A DNA stretch of 32,000 nt. Source: Pseudomonadales bacterium (lineage in GTDB: Bacteria; Pseudomonadota; Gammaproteobacteria; Pseudomonadales; Azotimanducaceae). Shown here piece after piece: positions 22,611-32,000 of this stretch; position 1 is the stretch's first letter; each line of letters begins with the position of its first letter. The stretch covers positions 1,168,308-1,200,307 of the forward strand of contig OY762456.1 of the NCBI GenBank assembly GCA_963665785.1, given 5' to 3'. The position numbers and the translations under genes were made by a program. The notes below the pieces were generated by a model. The model was not told the DNA's origin, made no database searches, and saw only the letters and a list, made by a program, of their open reading frames with translations.

Positions 22611-25411
22611 TATTCGCCTCCCATTCTTGTTACTGCCTGATCGAACCACATGAGCAGTTTGGGGTCTTCTTCCAGGACGTTGTTGGGGATCTTGTCGGCC
22701 ACGACGACGATGACGGCGTAGTCGCGTTCCTGCCAGGCTTTCTTGAATCCGGCGCGGACAGCTTCCAGGCGGAAGACCTTGAGTTTCTTTTTGACCTCTT
22801 TGTATTCTTCGAACTCCTTGAGCAGAGCCTTCTCGCGCAGCTTCTCCAAGTCGCCCGCTTTGTTGGGATCGGGCACATACCAACGATCACGAGCTTTGGT
22901 CACCAGCGCCGGGTCATCCTTGGGTAGGTTGCGCAGCTCTTTCCAGTTGGTGGAAAGGTAGGCGTGGATCTGCTCGGGCACCGGGCCTTTGCCGTCGTAC
23001 ATAAAAAAGTTTTGTTCAAGCAATTCATCCAATTCGAGAAGCTTTTCTGTTTTCAGCCATCCTCCTATTTCTTGCATAAACTGGGGCTTGAGTTCCCCTG
23101 ATGTCTGTGTCCTCCTGACGAGCTGCTGTCGTAACCATTGGATGGCAGTATTTTCGTCAGTAATGAACAACTGTAACTGCAATACCTCGCGAACAGTCAT
23201 TCTCTTCCTGTCATATTCGGCAATTTCATCCAGAAGGAAATACATACCGTCTCGCTCGGAAAAGCGCTGACTAAGTCCATGATAGAATTCGACTGCAGAT
23301 AAAGGAACTGCAATACCCCTTTGAACGTGAAAAGCTACCATTCGGTCAAACAAAAGGAAGTTTTGTCGCTCTGTAATCGTCTCCCCCTTACCATCTTTTG
23401 TAACAAAAACTGGGAGTTGCTTGAGGTGGGCTCTAATAAATTCCCAGACGACATCTTCTGTGCCTGCCCCAAGTTCAAGCTTATTTTCCAGCCCGTCAGT
23501 TGGCTTGTAGGCTGAAATAACCAAGTCTTGATCAATTGCTCCAGCTCTATTAACCGCATTAAAAGAACGTTGTTGCTTATTGAGTACACGAACATCCGCC
23601 ACGACGAGTCCAGCGGATTCAATTGCCTGTTGAATTGCGCTCCATACTGCATTCTGGCTATTGTGAAACTCGATAGTTATCCATCGTCCAGGCTTCAAAA
23701 CACGAGAATAGGTTTTGAATGCTCTCAGCATCATATTTGAATAGAATGCTAGATCCTTCTTGTGGACATAGTTCAGGACACAATCGTTGTCGACGGACGT
23801 TCTGATCTTTAGCCAAGCCTCAACAAACATATTCAACTCGGCATATTGCAATGATTCTCCAAAAGGAGGGTCAGTGAATATGTAATCTATGGAACTATCA
23901 GGAATATCTCTAAGGTCGACAACGCTTTGGGTGGATACCCTTGCAGCCTTATGTGTTCCAATTGAAAGTGACTTTAGTTTTTTGATTTTCCTCTTAAGAA
24001 CATCAAATACATTTCGCTCAAGATGAAGAGACGGTGTAAACAATGTCCCAGAAACACCACCGCCTCCACCGAAGTAGCCCTGTTTTCGGGAAATGTAGTT
24101 GTTAATCGCAGTTAGGCAGAACCTAAAAAGAGCAGTATTTCTGTGTGAAGAGAGCTTTCCCCCCCATAAGTGACCGTATGCAAATAGAGCCCGTTTTGTG
24201 TACATGTGAACAATATGCGATAGCCCAGAGCCATTAATGAGCTTGTTGGTCTGACGCCCCGGGAAAAACTCATCTAACGGAATGCTTGGCCAGCCTCGAC
24301 CTTCAAATTTCAGATCGAATTCCTTGCGATATTCTAATGTAACCTTACACGTCTTTCTTGCCGTCCCTTGCTTTACTGTTTGCTCAACTAGAGCAAATTT
24401 TGGCGTGCTTACCATTTTGCCAAGAATAGGATCGAACTCTGTGGTGAATGGTCGATCCAGCTTTACAGCGCCGGAGGATTTCGAGGCAGCTTTTCCTACA
24501 ATCGTTCCACAATCAGGGCACGGAAATGACCTTTCCATTTTTCCATCTTTTAATGCTGCCTCTGAGAATATGAATTCATGTGAGCAGTTTGGGCAAAGAA
24601 ATACATCTGACCAAACGGCACTAAGAACAAGTCCGTTTTCCTGGGCCTGATAAAGCCATTTCAGTTCTTTCTCTGCAATCTCAACAAGCTTTAACGCCTC
24701 CCTAGCAAGAGAGGATAGATCGCAAAGGTCTGAATAGTTACTCGAAATAAATGTAGCAGCAGGTGAAAGATCGTTCAGCAGTGCTTTTCTCTCGCCTATG
24801 CATGAAAACGGTATCCATACCTTTTCCCCATTGATATCGATCTCTTCCTGTAATATTGTGCCATCAGGCTTGATCTGATACCCAAGGGAAAAAACTACAT
24901 TCTTACTTCCACACATCTGCGCCGCTACACCGGTCATGCCGGTTCCGCAGAAGCCGTCGAACACGATATCCCCCGGCTGCGTGTAATGGAGGATGTAACG
25001 CATGATGGCTTTATGCGGCACTTTGGTGTGGTAAGAGTGCGCGTTGTAAATTGGGTCGTTTTTACCCTCGCTCACATCGGTCGCAAATGGCTCACGGTGA
25101 TAGTGATAGACTTCAGGCTGTTTCGGCTTCTGCGCCTCCCATTCAGCTATGAAGTCTGCAATCCATGGGTTCGGGCAGGCGGTGTAATACGGCGGATCGC
25201 TCAGGTTCAGAATGTCCTCGTCGCTGCCGATGGGAAAGCCTTCTATCTTGCGGAACTCCGGGTCCTGCAGCTTTTTGCGCAGCTCCTCGGTAAAGTGGGC
25301 GCGGCGGGCCTCATCGTTCTCGAACGTCATGCCGAGACAAGGCACCGGGCCGGAGGGCTTCTGCGGCTCTTCAAGCAGCGAGTCGAACAAACTGGTTTCT
25401 TTCATCTTCAT
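22610..25411 (-). CDS. pglX: BREX type 3 adenine-specific DNA methyltransferase PglXI-like (N6_N4_Mtase type)
   Basis: 933-aa ORF with N-terminal LSDPPYYTACPNPW, SAM-binding motif I FDGFCGTGMTGVAA, a CxxC...CxxC zinc ribbon (CPNCSHEF...CPDCG) and catalytic motif IV FTDPPFG. Confidence 0.85.
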   Translation of the reverse strand: MKMKETSLFDSLLEEPQKPSGPVPCLGMTFENDEARRAHFTEELRKKLQDPEFRKIEGFPIGSDEDILNLSDPPYYTACPNPWIADFIAEWEAQKPKQPEVYHYHREPFATDVSEGKNDPIYNAHSYHTKVPHKAIMRYILHYTQPGDIVFDGFCGTGMTGVAAQMCGSKNVVFSLGYQIKPDGTILQEEIDINGEKVWIPFSCIGERKALLNDLSPAATFISSNYSDLCDLSSLAREALKLVEIAEKELKWLYQAQENGLVLSAVWSDVFLCPNCSHEFIFSEAALKDGKMERSFPCPDCGTIVGKAASKSSGAVKLDRPFTTEFDPILGKMVSTPKFALVEQTVKQGTARKTCKVTLEYRKEFDLKFEGRGWPSIPLDEFFPGRQTNKLINGSGLSHIVHMYTKRALFAYGHLWGGKLSSHRNTALFRFCLTAINNYISRKQGYFGGGGGVSGTLFTPSLHLERNVFDVLKRKIKKLKSLSIGTHKAARVSTQSVVDLRDIPDSSIDYIFTDPPFGESLQYAELNMFVEAWLKIRTSVDNDCVLNYVHKKDLAFYSNMMLRAFKTYSRVLKPGRWITIEFHNSQNAVWSAIQQAIESAGLVVADVRVLNKQQRSFNAVNRAGAIDQDLVISAYKPTDGLENKLELGAGTEDVVWEFIRAHLKQLPVFVTKDGKGETITERQNFLLFDRMVAFHVQRGIAVPLSAVEFYHGLSQRFSERDGMYFLLDEIAEYDRKRMTVREVLQLQLFITDENTAIQWLRQQLVRRTQTSGELKPQFMQEIGGWLKTEKLLELDELLEQNFFMYDGKGPVPEQIHAYLSTNWKELRNLPKDDPALVTKARDRWYVPDPNKAGDLEKLREKALLKEFEEYKEVKKKLKVFRLEAVRAGFKKAWQERDYAVIVVVADKIPNNVLEEDPKLLMWFDQAVTRMGGE

Positions 25412-25462
25412 AATCCTTGGCTTTCGTCTTGTTTCTCAGCTTGGTTACTCGCTTAGGCACTC

Positions 25463-29706
<4,244 letters not shown>

Positions 29707-29715
29707 GGTCGCTCC

Positions 29716-29928
29716 TTACTGCTCGGTGTCCGGCTTATCGGTTTTGTCAGCCGCACCGCCAGCTTTCACCCACTCGTCTACCACGTCTTTCTTGAACTTC
29801 CAAAGACGGCCCATTCGGTGGGCAGACATGCCATGCTTGTCGATCCACTTGTACACGGTGTCATTACTGACCCCGAGGTATTTGCATATCTCGGTGATTG
29901 AAAGCCAGCGGTCTTCCATCTCAACCAT
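29716..29928 (-). CDS. Excisionase-family (MerR-like, HTH_17) DNA-binding protein
   Basis: 70-aa ORF. LSITEICKYLGVSNDTVYKWIDKHGMSAHRMGRLWKFKKDVVDEWV fits the excisionase/AlpA-type winged HTH. It ends 9 nt before the brxF start on the same strand. Confidence 0.75.
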   Translation of the reverse strand: MVEMEDRWLSITEICKYLGVSNDTVYKWIDKHGMSAHRMGRLWKFKKDVVDEWVKAGGAADKTDKPDTEQ

Positions 29929-29986
29929 TCCTCAGATTCCTCGTGAATGATGAGTCAAAACGTCATAGGCCTGGTAGATAGGTAAT

Positions 29987-30286
29987 TTAAACCACATTTT
30001 CACGATAACGTAGAAGTATACACGGCGGGTAGTATTGAGAGAACTTCGTGTTGTGAGTAGCGGAGATATATTTCCTCGACAGCTTCGGGGTCCACTGTTC
30101 TCCTTTTCTGCGCTCGAAACGCCTACGTTGTAGCTCTTTGATGATCTCGCTAAATGGTTGTCCATTTTCGATCATGTAAGCAATCACGGGGTAGCACAAG
30201 TGGCCGTCGACAATGACGGTAACCGTATACTCGAAGCCGGGCAGGTGCAGCGTGGCCCGGTAATCCTCGTCACACGCATCCAGCAT
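29987..30286 (-). pseudogene. Possible fragment of a serine recombinase (recombinase-domain-like segment only)
   Basis: 99-aa ORF. PVIAYMIENGQPFSEIIKELQRRRFERRKGEQWTPKLSRKYISATHN resembles the (IF.l...G.s...IA..LN..gi....G..W....V..IL.N) block that follows the resolvase domain in large serine recombinases. No catalytic resolvase domain is present. Confidence 0.3.
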
Positions 30287-30550
30287 TTTTTATATTTCGG
30301 TTTTCATCGCTGTCGCGGGTGTATGTCTCTTTTCAGTGACGGTCCAGTCGTGATTATGTAGATGAAACAGGTAACGGGCGACCTCGAATAAAGGTAACTC
30401 CTCCTCCAAGAGCTACCATCGTTCAACGTAAACGGGTCCGGCAAAACTTCATCCCCACTCATGAGTGACCAGGCATTGCACCGGCTCCGCCAGAAACCAA
30501 TCTTCGAGCAACCCGGCGTAGTTTAACAGCTCAGTGATATAATCTAAGGC

Positions 30551-32000
30551 TCACTTACGATTATAAAATTTATTAAGCACCGCTACGATCCGATCAAGGA
30601 GTGGATCAAATCCGGAAAAATCGATTTTGTGTGAGTTGGGTTTTACAACTGACTTTGCAAATACTTCTTTTCCATATTCAGTCTGCGGGTCGATCTTATT
30701 CTTGGGGTTGAATCGCTTTGTATCAAGGCGATGGTTCTTCCATTCATCCGGGAACAAGTCCTCAATGCAGCTTTCTCCATTAGGTTCGGGTGTCTTGATT
30801 AGGTAAAGATTTTTGGTTATGAAATAAAAATTTTCCGTCGAAGCCATCGTGATCGTCACATCGAAGTTTTTTTTCACCGTGCCAGCAATGGGCTTAAGGC
30901 CATCGTCATTATCGAGAAGAAGGATCACCGGATGGGCCATGGGTATGAATTTGAAAGGCTTTCTATTCTGTCTTGTCGCATCAAGATTACGCAGATAGTC
31001 CAGCGGAATTGACTTCAAGTCAACTGCACCTCCTCCAAGGCCCATAATTTTATGCGCCTGCCCGTCATAATTAAAGAACCGTATCTTAAACCTAAAACCA
31101 TTTTTTCCTGGCTCTCCTAGTTGAGGATGATAGATATCACGGCATCTAATCGCTTCACGGAGATATATCGGATCGGTCTTCCCTTCGGTGACTATGAGTG
31201 GCGCATCCAGTGCGATGCAGTACTTGTAGAACAGGAAGCGCCTGTAGAGCTTCCTGATTGCTCTTGGTTTAACACGCTGTTCCGTATCCTCCCTACAGTC
31301 CTCGCTCTGCGTGACTGCATAAATATGGCTCAGAATACCTTCGAGTGGATTGAGATTAAACATCAGGTCAGGCTGCGGATCCTCGCCGGGATTGCTAGGG
31401 GGCCTGAAGGACCGAAAATAGGTTCCCGATTGAAAGAGTGAGTCACACATGGCCCTCGCCTTGCGATAGTACTCACTCCTTATGTTGACTTTCTCATTGA
31501 CAACCAGTCCGGTGACCATCTGGCGGCTGCCCCTGCAATGCATGCGGGTCTTAGCTGGATTAACCCTGAAGCCTGCACGCTTAATTTCCTGAAGCAGACC
31601 CTCACCTACCGTCCACACAGACTGATCGTCCGAGTCTTGTATCGCTAAAGCCTCAGGAAAATCTCTCTGACTTGTAGAAAATGTAATGTCGTCAGCATAT
31701 CGCGAATACCGTACGCCATGTTTCTTCGCGAGTCTCAGCAAACGTATATCCAGAATCTGCCCGATTAACTCCGAAATAACTGGAGAGCACGGGCTTCCTT
31801 GAGGCAATGCCGCTCCGTCACAAGCAATTTGGGCAATCGTGGTGGCAACTTGTTCTTCAAGCTCGAACGCCCTGTCTTTGAGAAAGAAGCCACGCACACG
31901 GCCGAAATTAAACGAAGGAAAATAATCCTCCAGATCGAGATTTAGCACATAACGGCGGCGTTTGTGATTCTTGGCATTGGCCGCGATCGTTTGTTTCTTC
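30551..32000 (-). CDS. Retron-type reverse transcriptase fused to a C-terminal TOPRIM/OLD-like domain (5' end outside the window)
   Basis: The reading frame is open to the window edge (..KKQTIAANAKNHKRRRYVLNLDLEDYFPS). RT motifs present are LPQGSPCSP, YSRYADDITFS and RQMVTGLVVN, the last being the VTG block typical of retron RTs. The C-terminal half has TOPRIM signatures: LIVTEGKTD (Glu) and VILLLDNDDG (DxD). Confidence 0.8.
   Translation of the reverse strand, partial: KKQTIAANAKNHKRRRYVLNLDLEDYFPSFNFGRVRGFFLKDRAFELEEQVATTIAQIACDGAALPQGSPCSPVISELIGQILDIRLLRLAKKHGVRYSRYADDITFSTSQRDFPEALAIQDSDDQSVWTVGEGLLQEIKRAGFRVNPAKTRMHCRGSRQMVTGLVVNEKVNIRSEYYRKARAMCDSLFQSGTYFRSFRPPSNPGEDPQPDLMFNLNPLEGILSHIYAVTQSEDCREDTEQRVKPRAIRKLYRRFLFYKYCIALDAPLIVTEGKTDPIYLREAIRCRDIYHPQLGEPGKNGFRFKIRFFNYDGQAHKIMGLGGGAVDLKSIPLDYLRNLDATRQNRKPFKFIPMAHPVILLLDNDDGLKPIAGTVKKNFDVTITMASTENFYFITKNLYLIKTPEPNGESCIEDLFPDEWKNHRLDTKRFNPKNKIDPQTEYGKEVFAKSVVKPNSHKIDFSGFDPLLDRIVAVLNKFYNRK

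Noticed and set aside
22611-22883. N-terminal 91-aa extension of the AAA+ ATPase ORF given in the track (21603..22883)
   Set aside because: It overlaps the 3' end of pglXI out of frame and is Arg/Gly/Gln-rich with no motif. The internal ATG at 22608-22610 has a GGGAGG RBS and abuts the pglXI stop.

Overview
The window has three parts. (1) 1-6143 holds ordinary chromosomal genes, mostly on the minus strand: fabI, an NfeD plus two SPFH/stomatin-like gene cluster, a NUDIX hydrolase, a VOC/glyoxalase-fold protein and a FetB/YbbM-type permease. It ends at a tRNA-Phe(GAA) gene. (2) 6144-16060 is a decayed accessory region downstream of the tRNA. It contains two secreted alpha/beta-hydrolase esterases, an apparently complete ISAzo13-family IS whose transposase is split at an A8 run, remnants of two other transposases, a truncated and frameshifted tyrosine integrase, and truncated acyl-CoA dehydrogenase and LLM oxidoreductase genes. 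It also has three type II toxin-antitoxin loci in which the antitoxin is intact but the toxin is dead or missing: hicA with a nonsense codon plus hicB, mazE plus a doubly frameshifted mazF, and a second hicB copy inside a ~480-bp direct repeat. (3) 16062-32000 is a defence island on the minus strand. Its core is a tightly coupled ~13.9-kb BREX type 3-like operon (HTH, brxF, brxC, pglXI, pglZ, brxA-like). The slot normally held by the BrxHII helicase is occupied by an AAA+ ATPase plus S8 subtilase pair (IetAS-like architecture) and a 69-aa ORF. Upstream lie a serine-recombinase-like fragment and a retron-type reverse transcriptase fused to a TOPRIM domain, whose 5' end runs off the window. No rRNA gene or CRISPR array was seen. 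All family assignments rest on motifs read by eye from the supplied translations; no database search was possible.
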